Of a stretch of DNA of 64,000 bases, positions 12,726 through 27,074 are shown one piece after another. Each line of letters starts with the position of its first letter. Position 1 is the stretch's first letter. The notes under the pieces were generated by a model. The model searched no databases, was not told the origin of the DNA, and worked only from the letters and a program-made list of their open reading frames with translations. This stretch comes from Felis catus (taxonomy: Eukaryota). The translations under genes were made by a program, and so were the position numbers. The DNA is taken from contig NC_058368.1 in the NCBI RefSeq assembly GCF_018350175.1, forward strand, positions 126,916,001 to 126,980,000, written 5' to 3'.

Positions 12726-15087
12726 TGATTTCCAGCTCACTCCAATGCTTCACTCTTCTTCCAGCTTCTCTTATCCACTGACTGACTGATGGTCTCCCCA
12801 GCATTTATTAATGTGATCAAGAACAGTAATTCTGGAAAGTACTCTCAAGTTATTTACCTAATTAAACAAACATACTTTTTAACCCAGACGCCCTAAATCT
12901 CTGGTAGCTTGTCTTTGCTGATTTGGTCTGAACAGCTCAGCTGGTAGGGAAGGACTTTCTGGTTGGAAAAAATATATAATTAGCAGACTGGAAAACAAGG
13001 ACCCCTGAGTTTAAAAAAAAATCACTAAAACAGCCTGATCACCCTGTTTACTTTGCCATCATATCTCATGTTAGTTGGGGACTGGGAAAATCCAGGTTAC
13101 CACCCAGCAGGAGTTCCCTCTAAAGATAGAGACTGGCAAATATCATATGTGATGCATGAAAGCCCAATTATAAGTTTCACTCTTCAAGTAATTAAATCAC
13201 TAAACAGGTTAGCACAATGATTTGTTTACTAGTAGACTGATTTTCTCCAGGGTTGGAACCATATCAAATTCATTTTTCAATCTCTGGTGCTGGACATTGG
13301 CTGTCACATACAAGGTATCCAGTAAATGTTTTTTGAATTTAACTGAAAAAGCATGGAACATTCCCTTTATTATAAGACTACTTTTTGTAACGTTTCCAGA
13401 CTTTCCAACACATCTGAGAATCAATAACTAGATTGCTAGAGGAATATTAACGTGGTAGAGGGGCTTGGAAACCTCATTGCCTATTACACGATCACGGGAC
13501 CTTTTGTTCGGGGGACAGAAATCACTGGCAGACTGACCCAAATCTCCATTTTTCCCCTCCTAGCAACCTATAGGACTATTTATTCTCCAGGTACCTAAAT
13601 ATACTAATACATTTATTTGCTTAGATATCTGTTCCTTATGGGTAGGGGGTCCATACATCGCAACTGGCCTAGAATTTAGTAGGTTTAAATCTGTTATTCA
13701 AGGGTAGTTATGAATAGCACTGCCTTTCACTCTAAAAAGTGTTCTGGTTTGGATGCTAAATCATATGGACACTACTTTTGGGACAGTCCATCACACATCA
13801 TTTAGCCATCCAGCTCTACCTGCCCTGGAAGTCTGAGCACTATGCCTGCCCAAAGCTTTCCTCTATGGAGGTGGCTCTGTCAATCACTGCATTCAGGAGC
13901 TTTGGAACTGCCCCCGAAAGAACGGACACCTCTATCTACTGAGAGAGACACTCTCAGTGGAACAACAGCAACAAAAATCATTCTCAAAATTCAAGTCTTT
14001 CCTTTCATCTTAGGTAGACCTTTGACAAACACTAAGAAACACTAAGAAACAAAGGATTCCTAATAATGACAACCCCACATTTACTGAAATCTAGAAGACA
14101 TGCCCATTTGAAAATTCTAATCTAGAAATTAAACTTAAGCTTCTCAGGTTATACTGCCCCTTAATAACATAGGTTATTTTGTCAAAATCAGTTAAAGCCC
14201 TCTAATGGGATTTGGAAGAAAGGGACAGACAAAAATTAAAATGCAGCTGGTCAAGGTAATCCGAAAGCTCAATTCATTCAGTAAATAACAATGGCACTTT
14301 AACAGGTTTTTGGTTTTTTTTTCACTAATTGGATGCAATTGTGCTTGGCTTTAATTTCTTATAATGATGGAACAAATTTTATTACTTCATACTTTTAGGG
14401 ACATTTGGCTACATCATGTTTTGGTGCTTCCATAAACCCCAGTGGAAATTAAATTAGCTCTGTGATTGCTCATTTCCCTATTTAGTGACATGTCTGCCTC
14501 GTGTCAGCAAAATGGTAACCATTGTCTACCTTAAACCACGATACTGCAGTAGATTTAAAAGAAATTACCTCTTGTGTCCCTCTCCTTTCAGAATTCCCTA
14601 TTTGTAGCTATCAAATTTTGGCATGCTAGTTGGGACGCAATCTTGTTTGAACAAGCAAAGTAATTCTCATGTGAGACTTTAGGATTCTCTGTCCTGTAAG
14701 TTCTAAATGTACCTATAATTCAAATTTAGATGAGGGTATGAGTTGGTAAGAACATGAAGAGCATCAAACAGTTTTAAGAACTCAAACGACTTGTACTTTG
14801 TGCTACTAGCTTCTCCTTTCCCCAAGTCCATGTGGACGTGCAAGTTTGAGGGAGGGAGTCAATTGCCACGTACTATGAAAAATAATTAGTCAGTAGTCTA
14901 ACACATTTAATCTTGAGGCTCTTATCCAGAGCAGGTAAAATATTCTAGCAGAACTCAATACAAGTTTCCCGGACACTGTAGCTACTAAGCTCATACTGTG
15001 AAAGATTATACTATGAAAGAAATTGCAAATACAGTGTTGCAGACTGACATTGTTTAAAACACATGCAGCATTATTATAGGCAACACA

Positions 15088-15603
15088 ATGGCAGAGACTG
15101 CTAGCTGTCCCCTAACATTGATGCTTTTCTTCATCAGTTCTATTAGAATTCTAGTTTTACCTAAGCATATGACTGCTTAAAACTGAGAACATTCTCAGAC
15201 TCCTATGTAGCCAGATGTTACCACAAAAGTTAGTTCTGATAAATGGGTTGGAAGTAGACGTGTTATGTGGAAGTTTCAGGAGCTTACATTGAAAGATATC
15301 TGTCATATATCTTTTCTTTTTCTTTCTTTTCTCTTTCCTATTGGCTAGAATAAGAAACTGATGGCTGGAGCTAGAGCAGCCATATTGGACCATGAGTTAC
15401 ATTCAGGCATACAGGTCACATCTAACAGCATCAAAAGGAAAGGCACATGTGTCCTTGAAGTCTTTGTGGAACAGTGTTGCCACATTAGCTCTAGTCAGCT
15501 TACTTTCAGATTTTAACATGATAGAGAGAAATGAACATTTATCTTGTTTAAGCCACTTGTATTTTAAATCTGTATTTGTGCCAAACACTATCCCAACTAA
15601 TAC
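15088..15603 (+). mobile_element. MaLR solo LTR (MLT1 family)
   Basis: Starts TGGCAGAGACTGCTAGCTGTCCCC and ends TTGTTTAAGCCACTTGTATTTT...CCAACTAATAC, typical of MLT1 termini. Confidence 0.7.
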
Positions 15604-18600
15604 GAACACCAGTAACAACACTCTTATTCACCTATGACCTAAGACTCTATCTTAGTCTTGTTAATAAAGTGTGTTCATCTAGGAAAGGCTAAAATTTAGA
15701 TATTAGATGACTGGTTTCCAGCTTACCATAATTCAAAGATATTGTACAATAATACACTGCTAGTTAAGAGCTTGCTCCAGCACTACCTCAAAATGATTTA
15801 TAGAAAATACATCAAACAAAATCTATAAGAACCACCCTAGAGTTTCCCTTGGGGTTTAGATATTTGTCTTTCCAGCCAGATTTGAAAGTCACTCTAGCCT
15901 GGAAGCCATGACTAAAAAATGGTTTCGCTGCCATGAAGAAGAATACTGTCATTTTGGGGAGCTTCTCCTTTGGCCCCCTCTCCCACTCGTTTATACCCTT
16001 GAATACATGGATATTTACATATTTTTTTTCTGACTCAATAGTCTTTGAGCACATTGCTCTTGTTAAATCATTAAAATCTGGAGGGTCTTTTCAAAATTCT
16101 GTGATCTATCATTTAAAGCCAATGTTCTCTCTTCCTGCAAATCCAGCAGCTTTAAAACTAAACTCTTGCAGATCCAAGTCATGTCTGAAAGGTTTATAGA
16201 ATGACATACTGTGGTCATACGGTCAGGGCACAAATACCTCTGATGGTACAATATTTTAAGGCAAAACAGTTTATGTGTAAGCTCCATGAGGTTATAGACC
16301 ATGGCCCACTTATTTATTACCAAATCCCCAGCTCCTGGAACAGTGCCCCTCAACAGAAATCTGTTGAATAAATAAATGAAGAATCTGCCTGGTGTAGTAA
16401 AACTGTTATTTTCACACACATGAGGTTCATCTCTGTGCGTACACTGAATGTACACACATAGCCTCCTGGATGACTTTGCAGTACTGAGCCTCTATATTGT
16501 CCACCTCAGTTACCAAGGGACTCGTTTTTCATAAATGGCTCCAGCATCACACTCTCCTCCTACAGAGAGTTTTACTGCCCGTTCTAAACCCTTAAAGCAC
16601 TGTCATTTTCACTTAGGTCACCCAATACATAGGTACACTGTTGGACATACTTGGGTGGAGAGGGATACGTATGCTTAAATTCCCTTTGAGCAAAGACCGC
16701 AACTGTCAGAAATGTGTTAGTTGTCAAAATTAGTTCCATAGATTATGAAACATAAATCTCAGTTTCCTGTGTTCATAGCCATGTAAACTTGCATTTTTAA
16801 GTTAAGTGAGGAAATAAAAATAGTTATAAGAACCATTTTGGGAGAGACCTACCATTATGTGTCTCATTGAAGGGACAGCTGTGGTGCAGTATTAAGACGA
16901 TTCCCCACCAGACCCCTGCTCTCTAGAATCTATTCAGCATCACCAGTGTCCTTTCCACTTCCCTACTGCTGACCATCAGACAGCTACGCAATGGATTGTC
17001 TAAATAGAAACTACTTTAGTCTTCCAAAACTTAGAGTTATCTGATCACGAAAAGAAAAAACAGGATCAAAACTACAGAAAGGCAAGATGTTCTGTCTGAC
17101 CTAGTGAATGGCGGCCAATACTAATGCCATCTGTAAGTTCACTAAACAGATAAAATGTGTTAACTAAGAGGAATCTCTATTTGTATTAATTCATCCAATC
17201 TTCCTAAAATCAGTCATTTCAAACATATTGACACATGTATGCTTGCAAAATTTTAAAAAATGAGTGATATGACTTTTTTTTAAAAGATAATTCAGCTGTT
17301 CTTTCTACCAGTTTTAGTATCTATGTAAGAATTTGAGGTAAAAAGTATAAATAAGTCATCCTGAAAAGTTCAAAGACAACCAGATGTTTGAGACTGTAAT
17401 GTAGTTATAAGGAAAACTGTCCATCTTCTTGGGAGGTATACATTGGGGAGTTTGAGGATGGAGGGCTATGATGTGTATAGCTCTCTCTATGGTGGGTCAG
17501 AGAAGAAAAATAGTGTGTGTGTGTAAACAAAGAGACAATGAAAAGTACATAAAGGGGATGTTGACAATGGTGAGAGATGTGCACATGTTCTTTGTAGTAG
17601 TAATAAAGCTTTCCATTAAATTTGAAATATTTCCAAATAAAGTGTATTCTAAAGGTGATGAGAACAGTGACAAAGAATAAGTCATTTCATGTTTGAGCAT
17701 TTTTCCTGCTCCCAGTATAGACACACACCTCATATACAGACAAACATAAGTGACACTTACTGTACTTCCTTGCCTACATAGTAAGTGTTAGCACCATACA
17801 TAATGGAAAACTACATCTTGCAATCTATTCATGCATTAAAAGTCTAAGTGATTCTAAGAGACCTTTTAGACAATAATTTGATGTTTGAAACAATGATTTC
17901 GAAGATCCATTGTACTTCCTTATGAATGAGGCCACCCTTCATGACATATTCAACGTGCTGAATGGGAAAATCTGCAGCCAAGAATATTCTATCCAGCAAG
18001 GCTATCATTCAGAATAGAAGGAGAGTCAAAGAGATAAGGAATTTCCAAGACAAACAAAAACTAAAGGACTTTGTGACCAAAAAACCAGCCCTTCAAGAAA
18101 TATTAAGTGAGATTAATATTAATTGAATGGGAAAGAAAGTCAAAGAGTGACAAAAACTAGAAAGGAACAGGGAAAATCTCCAGAAACAATGACAAAACAA
18201 GCTATAAAATGGCAATAAATACATACCTATCAATAATTACTATGAATATAAATAGACAAAAAATGGCAAAAAAACCATAGAGTGTCATAATAGATTAAAA
18301 AAAAACAAGACTCATCTATATTTTGCCTATAAGAGACTTATTTTAGACACCTGCAGATTAAAAGTGAGGGGATGTAGAAATATTTATCATGCAAATGGAA
18401 GTCAAAAGAAAGCCTGTGTAGAAATACCTAATATAAGACAAACTAGACTTTAAACCAAAGACTGTAACAATAGATGAAAAAGGGTACTATATCATAATAT
18501 AGAGGTTTATAGAACAGGAAGATCTAAGAGTTATAAATATTTATGACCCCAACATGAAAACCCAAATATATAAAGCAATTGTGAAGAAACATAAAGGAAA

Positions 18601-20172
18601 TAATAATACAATAATACTAGGGGATTTTAACACCTCCCTTACATCAATGGACAGATCTTCTAAGCAGAAAATCAACAAGGAAACAATGGCTTTGAATGAC
18701 ACACTGGACCAGATGGACTTAACAGATATATTCAAACATTTCATCCTAAAGCAGCAGAATACACATTTTTCTCAAGTGCACATGGGACATTCTCCAGAAT
18801 AGATCATTTACTAGGTCACAAATCAGGCTGCAACAAGTACAAAAAGATTGAGATCATGCCATGCTATTTTCTGACCACAATGCTATGAAACTTCAAGTCA
18901 ATCACAAGAAAAATTTAGAAAGACCACAAATACATGGAAGTTAAACAACATGGTATTAAAGAATGAATGGGCCAACCAGGAAATCAATGAAGAAATAAAA
19001 AAAAAAATACATGGAAATAAGTGAAAATGAAAACAAGACTGTCCCAAACCTTTGGAATGCAGCAAAAGTGGTCTTAAGAGGAAAATATAGAGCAATACAG
19101 GCCTTTTTCAAGAAGTAAGAAAATTCTCAAATAAACAACCTAACCTTACACCAAAAACAACTGGGAAAAGAACAACAAATGAAGCTTAAAGCCAGTAGAA
19201 GAAGGGAAATAACAGAGATTATAGCAGAGATAAATGATATAAAAACAAAAAAAAAAAGTAGAAAAAAAACAATGAAACCAGGAGCTGGTTCTTTGAAATA
19301 ATTAATACAATTGATAAACCCCTAGTCAGACTAATAAAAAAGAAAAGAGATAGGACCCAATAAATAAAATCACAAATGGGAGAGGTGAGGTAACAACCAA
19401 CACCACAGAATACAATTATGAGAATATTATGGAAAACTATGTGCCAACAAATTGGATAATGTGTAAGAAATTGATAAATTCCTAGCAACATACAAACTAC
19501 CAAAACTGAAACAGGAAGAAATAGAAAACTTGAACAGACCAATAACCAGCAAAGAAACTGAATCAGTAATCAAAAATCCCCCCAAAACAAAAGTTCAGGG
19601 CCAGATGGCTTCACAGGGGAATTCTACCAAACATTTAAAGAATAGATAATACTTGTTCTTCTCAAAAATTTCCAAAAAATATAAATGGAAGGAAAACTTC
19701 CAACCTCATTCTATGAGGCCAGCATTACCCTGATACTGAAACTAGATAAAGACTCCATTAAGAGAGAGAACTACAGGCCAATATCCCTGATGAACAATGG
19801 ATGCAAAAATTCTCAACAAAATACTAGCAAATTGAATCCAACAGTACATTAAAGGAATCATTCACCACTAACAAGTGGGATTTATTCCTTAGATGCAAGG
19901 TTGGTTCAATATTCACAAATCAATCAACACGATATACCACATTAATAAAAGAAAGGATAAGACCATACAATCCTTTCAACAGACGCAGAAAAAGCATTTG
20001 ACAAAGTAGAATATCCATTCAAGATAAAAACCCTCAACAAGGTAGGGATAGAGGGGATGTAGCTCAACATAATAAAGGGCCTTATCTGAAAAAACCCACA
20101 GTTTTTTGGTGAAAAAAACTCAATGGGGAAAGTCTGAAAGCTTTTCCTCTACGGTTAGGAACAAGACAGGGA

Positions 20173-20350
20173 GGTAGTGCCTGCTGGCTCAGTCAGTTAA
20201 GTATCCGACTCTTGGTTTTAAGTAAAGTCATGGGTTGGAGCCCCATATTAACCTCTGCGCTGACTGGGCAGGGCCTGCTTGGGATCCCCTCTCCCTCTCT
20301 CTCTGCCCCTCCCCTGCTCACACACTCTCTCAAAATAAATAAATTTTAAA
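20173..20350 (+). mobile_element. Can-SINE nested in L1 ORF2
   Basis: GTGCCTGCTGGCTCAGTCAGTTAAG head, CT tract, AAATAAATAAA tail. Confidence 0.9.
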
Positions 20351-21085
20351 CAAGATTAAAACCTAACTCAAGAGGTAAAAGATCTGTACTCTGAAAACTA
20401 CAAAACACTGATGAAAGGAATTGAAGAAGAAATAGAAAAATGTTCCATGCACATGGACTGGAAGAACAAATATTGTTAAATGCCTATACTACCCAATACA
20501 ATCTACACATTTGATGCAATCCCTCTGAAAATACCACCAGAATTTTTCAGAGCTAGAACAAACAATCCTAAGGTTTGTATGGAACCACAAAAGACCCCAA
20601 ATAACCAAACCTATCTTGAAAAAGAAAAGCAAAGCTGGAGGCATCACAATTCAGACTTCAAGTCATATTACAAAGCTGTGATCAAGAGAGTATGGTACTG
20701 GCACAAAAACAGACACATACATCAATGGAACAGAATAGAAAGCCCAGCAATAGACCCACAACTATTTAGTCAACTGATCTTTGATAAAGCAGGAAAGAAT
20801 ATCCAATGGAAAAAAGTCTCTTCAACAAATGGTGTTGGGAAAACTGGACAGCAACATGCAGAAGAATGAACCTGCATCACTTTCTAACACTATACACAAA
20901 GATAAATTCAAAATGGATGAAAGACCTAAATGTGAGATAGGAAATCATCTAGATTTCCCTAGAAGAGAACACAGGTAGTAACTTCTTTGACACTGGCCAT
21001 AGCAACTTCTTACTAGATATGTCTCCTGAAGAAAAGGCAACAAAAGCAAAAACTATTGAGACTACATCAAAATAGAAAGCTTCTG

Positions 21086-21235
21086 GGGGCACCAGGATGG
21101 CTCAGTGAGTTAAGCATTCAACTTCATTTCATGTCATGATCTCATGATTTGTGAGTTCGAGCCCCCATTGGGCTCTCTGCTGTCACCCTTCTCTCTGCCC
21201 CCACCTTTCTCTTTCTCAAAAATAAACATAAAGAA
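21086..21235 (+). mobile_element. Internally deleted Can-SINE nested in L1
   Basis: GGGGCACCAGGATGGCTCAGTGAGTTAAG head; TSD AAAGCTTCTG at 21076-21085 / 21236-21245. Confidence 0.92.
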
Positions 21236-22263
21236 AAAGCTTCTGCATTAGTGAAGAAAACAATCACCAAAACTAAAAGGCCACCTACAGAATGGGAGAA
21301 GACATTTGCAAATGATATATATGATAAAGGGTTAGTATCTGAAATATATAAAGAACTTATAAAACTGAACACCCCAAAAAACAAATAATCCACTGAAAAA
21401 ATGGGCAGAATACACGAATAGACATTTTCTCAAAGAGAGCTTCCAGATGGCTAGCAGACACATGGAAAGATGCTCAATATCACTCATCATCAGGGAAATA
21501 CAAATCAAAACTACAGTCAGATATCACCTCAAACGAGTCATAAAGGCTAACATTAACAACACAGGAAACAACAGGTATTGGCAAGGATGTGGAGAAAGGG
21601 GAACCCTCCCACACTGTTGGTAGGAATGCAAACTGGTGCAGCCACTCTGGAAAACAGTGTGAAGTTTCCTCAATAAATTAAAAATAGAACCATCCTATGA
21701 CCTAGCAATTGCACTACTAGGTCTTTACCCGAAAGATATAAAAATAATGATTCGAAGGGATACATGCACGTTGATGTTTATATCAACACTACCTACAATA
21801 GTCAAATTATGGAAAGAGCCCAAACACCCATCAATCAGGGATAACTGGGTAAAGAAGTCATATATATATATATATACACAATAGAATATTCTTCAGCTAT
21901 CAAAAAGAGTGAAATCTTGTTATTTGTAATGGCATGGGTGGAGCTAGAATGTATTATGCTAAGCAAAATAAGTCAGTTCGAGAAAGACAAATACCATATG
22001 ATTTCATTCATACATGTAATTTAAGAAACAAAACAGATGAACATAGGGGGAAGAAAAGGAAGAGGCAAACCAGGAACCAGACTCTTAACTATAGAGAACA
22101 AACTGAGGGCAGCAAGACAGGAGGTGGGTAGAGGGATGGGTTAAATAGGTAATATGTATTACGGAGAGCACTTGTGATGAGCACTGGGTATTGTATTTAA
22201 GTGATGAATCACTAAATTCTATATCTGAAACTAATATTACACTGTACGTAAACTAGCTGGAAT

Positions 22264-22483
22264 AAATCTATTTTATTTATTTATTTTTATATTTTTATTT
22301 TTTATTTTAGAAAGAGAGAGAGGGCACAAGCAGGGGAGAGGGACTGAGGGAGAGAGAGAGATATTAAGCAGGCTCTGTGCTCAGCACAGCTCAACGCAGG
22401 GCTTGATCCCATGACCCTGGGACCATGACCTGAGTAGAAATCAAGAGTATGACGCTCAATCTACCAAACCACCCAGGCACCCC
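22264..22483 (-). mobile_element. Can-SINE nested in the L1 3'UTR
   Basis: Ends CCACCCAGGCACCCC on the + strand; TSD CTA(G/A)CTGGAAT at 22253-22263 / 22484-22494. Confidence 0.92.
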
Positions 22484-23633
22484 CTAACTGGAATTTAAAT
22501 AAAAACTTGAAAAAAAAAATGAGGCCAGCCTTTTGTCCTTTCAGATTTGGCTAGCACTGACCCATGGTGTACAACTACCTGAGAGCACACCCTGGAAAAA
22601 AGACAGCTGAGGCATATTGCCTAAACCACAGGCTATTGAAAACTTGGCCCAAAGTGACTTGTTTGGACTGCTGACTTCAAAAGTGCTGATGAATACAATG
22701 AACTGTGGAAGATGTATGATTTGTTTTGAATGCATTTACTATGATTGATGGCCCAGATTTGGCAAGTTAGTTCACTCCCAGTGGAGATGAAAGTTTCACT
22801 GCCTTGCCTCTTTCAACATTCCTGTTGAGACAGATTTCATTCTTATTGGCCAATGTACTAACAAATCACGTAAAATTTGTAGCATAATGAATTTATTAGC
22901 TACGCTGTGGATCAATGCTGTACATAATATTCCTGAGTCAACATGAGCCCTTAATTAAATTTCCTTATTATAATGCCTCTGGAAATTTTTCTTCAGACTA
23001 CTAAACTTCAAGACATGAGTTTAGGTTTCAACCAGCAATTATGCTAGTAATTTTTCTGAGATAGGCCAGGGCCATGGTCAGGTTAGAAAGTGATCTATTA
23101 TGAATGGCAGGCTATAAAGCTGATATATGCGATCAAAAACACCCGTAATTGACTCAAATCATTCTGCCTCAAGTTATTCTGATACCCAGAATATTAGACT
23201 CGGAGCAAGTCAATTTCAGTTATTCCATTGCAAATATAAAAGAAAAGATAAAAGTGGCAGAGGTGTGGGGAATGAAAAAGAAGAAAGTTAAAAATAAGTG
23301 AGACTAGGATAGTACTAGTACTTTAGTATGAAATTGAAATCCTTACTTTAAATTGCAGATCATTGAGAAGTACAAAAAGATCAGTGAGGGCGTAAGAATG
23401 TAATTCTAAGGTAACTCCAAGGAAGATGTTATTTAAATAAAAAATCTGACCTGGATTGTGTCCAAATCTCAAGTGTTTTGTTGTTGTCATTAATAAAGGA
23501 ATATGGGAAAATATGTTTCTCTTGGTACCTACCAATAAAGAAGAAAAGTGGGAGGGAGGCAAGGAAGGGAGGAGAGAGAGAGAGAGAGAGAGGGCAGGGA
23601 GAGAGAGAGAGGCCGACAAGAGACAAAATTTCA

Positions 23634-23760
23634 GATGGTAACTAGACTTATCATGGTGATCATTTCACAATATATACAAATACCAAATCATTATTTTGCA
23701 CACCTGAAACTAATATAATGCTAATATAATATTATATATCAATTATACATCAATTAAAAG
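23634..23760 (+). mobile_element. L1 3'-end fragment (L1MA/carnivore type)
   Basis: GATGGTAACTAGACTTATCATGGTGATCATTTC...CACCTGAAACTAATATAATG...TCAATTAAAA. Confidence 0.8.
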
Positions 23761-23877
23761 CCTAAAACAAAGAGACGAAATCGGGCGAGAAACAAAAACT
23801 CAGCTTTAAGATCCCCAAATATGCTGTCAAGCCCCTTTAAAATATCAAATTTTGCTTACATATATTAGAAATTTTTT

Positions 23878-24070
23878 GGAATTTTTTAAGTTTATTTATT
23901 TATGAGGGATGGAGACAGCCTGAGTGAGGGAAGGCAGAGAGAGAGGGAGACACAGAATCTGAAGGAGGCACCAGGCTCTGAGCTGTCAACACAGAGCCTG
24001 ATGCAGGGCTTGAATTCACAAACCATGAGATCATGACCTGAGCCTAAGTCGGACGCACCCAGGTGCCCGG
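23878..24070 (-). mobile_element. Can-SINE
   Basis: Reverse SINEC body ending CACCCAGGTGCCC; part of the head is deleted. Confidence 0.92.
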
Positions 24071-25414
24071 AGAAATGTTTTTTTTAAAATCAATTCGTAG
24101 GCCAATTAGCCAATGTTACATTTACATCCTTGGTATTCTCTCAAATCAGCTCCATGGGCTACCACCAAAAAGCCCTAGCCGAGCTCTCACAGGCCCACTT
24201 TGCGCTAGATGCTGGGTACACAACACAGGCTCTCAGAAAAAAAAAATCACACAGCCTGATGCTCACGCTGCAAAAGTGGAGTTTGCTGCCAGGTCCTATA
24301 AGCTACCTCATGCCCCAGTATTTTACCACAATGAACCAGATGGTTATGAAATACCTAGGAACAGGCCATAAATCTATTGGCAATGATTTTTCAATATCTT
24401 GCACAACATGGCGATTTGTTAATATAGATTGAGTCTCTTTTAAACTGGTTTTTTACTCCTCTCAAAAATATCAATAAACCATCTGCTTTCACTTGTTTAT
24501 CAAATAACTTTTCAAAAGTGTGTTGAACCAAAGAATCAGTAACCCATGAATCAATTCATCCGCTAGTGACAATCCCTTCTCCATGCTTAGTTTTCATTTT
24601 AGGCACTAGCTTTTGTTTCCTATCCTTCCAACATACAGCCTGATTGCCAAGAGTAAGGAGAATTTCAGTTGTAGAAATGTCCACAGGGTGCCCTACTTTC
24701 ATAACAGGAAATAAATAATTAAGTTTTACTAAAGGAAAAAAAAAGTCAGAACATTCTATGCTTGCTTTATATACAGACTTCAAGTTCACTCATATCCAAT
24801 TTTCATATTTTGGGGGTTTTGCTTCTTTCTGCACATGGGGCTCCTTTCATTCCTTGGCTACAAAGGACAGTTGTGGTCTACTTGTCACATTTGTAATGAA
24901 AATTAAAAAATCACAAAATTTTCTTTGCAGAATAAACACTTTAAAGCTAACATTTCCTTGGAAAATGAGATCAAGAAATTGTCAAGAAAGTGTACATCAA
25001 AAAAATATTCCGTCAAAGAATACCAAGTACACTGATAACCTAGAAGTCCTGTCTCTTCCTTTGACTCATACTGCTTTAATCATAAGACATCATGCATATC
25101 AGTATTTGAATGCTATTAGGACATTTCAACATAATATTGTCCTCCGAATCTATATTTTGAGCTTCTCTTATAAGAAAGTCCATTTTATATCAATTTGCTT
25201 TGTTCCTTGGCAACTAAACCTCCTTTGATAAGATCTGAAAATTAATATTCATATTTCATAAAGGACACAAGAGAGATGCAGGTAGGTGGTTTTAAAGTTG
25301 GCCTCTGTCAAAGTACTTTTTCCTTGAAGTGGTCCCGATTTTTCCTGTGTGTTTTTCAGATCCTGTTCTAAGAAATATACCTTATTCACTCTGCTAATGG
25401 AAAACCAATGATTT

Positions 25415-25945
25415 CTTGATTCATTCAACAAATATTTATTGAACAGGTAGTAATACAGTAAACACTGGAGAAGATGCCGGACATGAAAAGATGAATAGAT
25501 AAGGACCTGCTCTTAAGAAACTCACAGTCTAGTGAAGAAGAGAGATGATACTAGCATACAATCCTAGGGTACCTCTTGTGATAAGGGCTCCAATAGCACA
25601 TACAGAACGCAGAGGCATCTAATTTGATCTTGGAGTTGGAAGGCTGCCTATAGGAGGATACTCCTGACATATCCAGACAGGAGGAATTAGGTGCAGGGAA
25701 GGGGAGCAGGGGTGGAGTGGGGGAAGGAGTGAATAGATGGGGAGGAGTCCCAGACCGATAACATGGACAAAGGCACAGAGTCATAGGAATCCAGTGCATA
25801 TGTTACAGTAGAGGCTGCATGTGCAGGAGAACAGTGTGAAACGAGGCTGCAAAGACAGGCAGAAGAGGGTCATGAAAGATGAATTACTAGTGAAGGGAGC
25901 TGGGCGTGTCCCCAAGTGCTGGGGGAGCATGGAGAGATTTTTATT
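25415..25945 (-). mobile_element. L2 LINE relic
   Basis: ATTCATTCAACAAATATTTATTGAAC (reverse-complement L2 tail) followed by AAGAAACTCACAGTCTAGTG. Confidence 0.75.
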
Positions 25946-27074
25946 TTTAAGATACTGATTCTTCTCTTCTTTCTCATTCTATGGAGAATAGAAGAGACAA
26001 TGTGCCTTTACGGAAAGTGAGTTGAAAGGTAGAAAACAGGCATAGGTTTCTGAAAAGAGAAAAGGATATATGATCAACACCCTGACTCAATCGGGACTTT
26101 TTTTTTTAATGCACTAAGTCATCACATACCTTCCCACATTTGTGGTCTGTATGATGGTATTGAAATATTGACTCGATTTCTGATACAGTTTCTGGAGTCT
26201 GAATGTCACTGCAGGGATGAATAAACCAAACAGATTGGATTCATATGGGTTTGCCATATGACACATTTTTTTCCACATAAGATTAGAGGAAAAACTGATT
26301 TCACTCAATTTCCTGCCTTATGTGGGTTAGAACTGAAGTCAGTGCCATTATCCCTTTGCCTATTCTTTTGTATTTAAATTTGATGTGGGATTGTACTGTT
26401 ACAGAAAAAATAATTTAATACCTTCTGCTACCCCTTCTTTTTTCTCATGGGTTTAAATTTAAAAAGAAAAACCGGACATGCACTTTTCTTTTCTTCATGG
26501 AAACCACACTATTTTTGGATTTTAAGAACTTTTTAAGTTATCAAATAAACACATTTGTTAATTTATGCTAACTGCATTGTAATTACTTACAGGCTAAGTA
26601 TCTTGTAATATGTGCAGTCTTTTATACTACTCGTATGTGGTCAGTTTTTAATAGCTCAAAAGTTATGAAAACCTCAGAAGACCACCCAAATGAAATTCTA
26701 TTGTAGGTTCTACAGTGACAAAACATGAACCACACTGGTTTGAGGTCCAGAGCTTAAAACTGCCTACTCAAGCTCTAGTTAGAAAATCCCTATATGTATG
26801 AAATACAGAATCTGACATCTTTACAGAGTATTCTGAAGTCCCAGTATCTTTGTTTACAAGAAAGTAAGCCCTGGCCCTACCCCATACTACCAGCATACTG
26901 AAATTCCCTTAGGATACAAATTTCATTTGGGTCAACAGGACTGTTGATAATGGTAGTATATTTCACACACAAAAAAATAAAACTTAAGATATCACTGTCT
27001 TTACAGACAATGAGGACAGCGAAAGTAAAAAACAGAAGTGTTGTTTTGCTAGGAGCTGGATCTCAGTCTTTCTG

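Larger units (their letters stand above)
17940..22517 (+). mobile_element. 5'-truncated, decayed carnivore L1 (~4.6 kb): ORF1 C-terminus, ORF2, 3'UTR and polyA, with three nested SINEs
   Basis: ORF1 end (QPRIFYPARLSF); ORF2 ATG at ~18209; endonuclease motif ILGDFNTSLTSMDRSS; RT and C-terminal remnants (VWYWHKNRHIHQWNRIE); many stops and frameshifts. 15-bp TSD AATGAGGCCA(C/G)CCTT at 17925-17939 / 22518-22532. Confidence 0.97.

Noticed and set aside
18209..21900. L1 ORF2 as a functional endonuclease/reverse transcriptase
   Set aside because: Numerous stops and frameshifts, nested SINEs and a deleted catalytic core.
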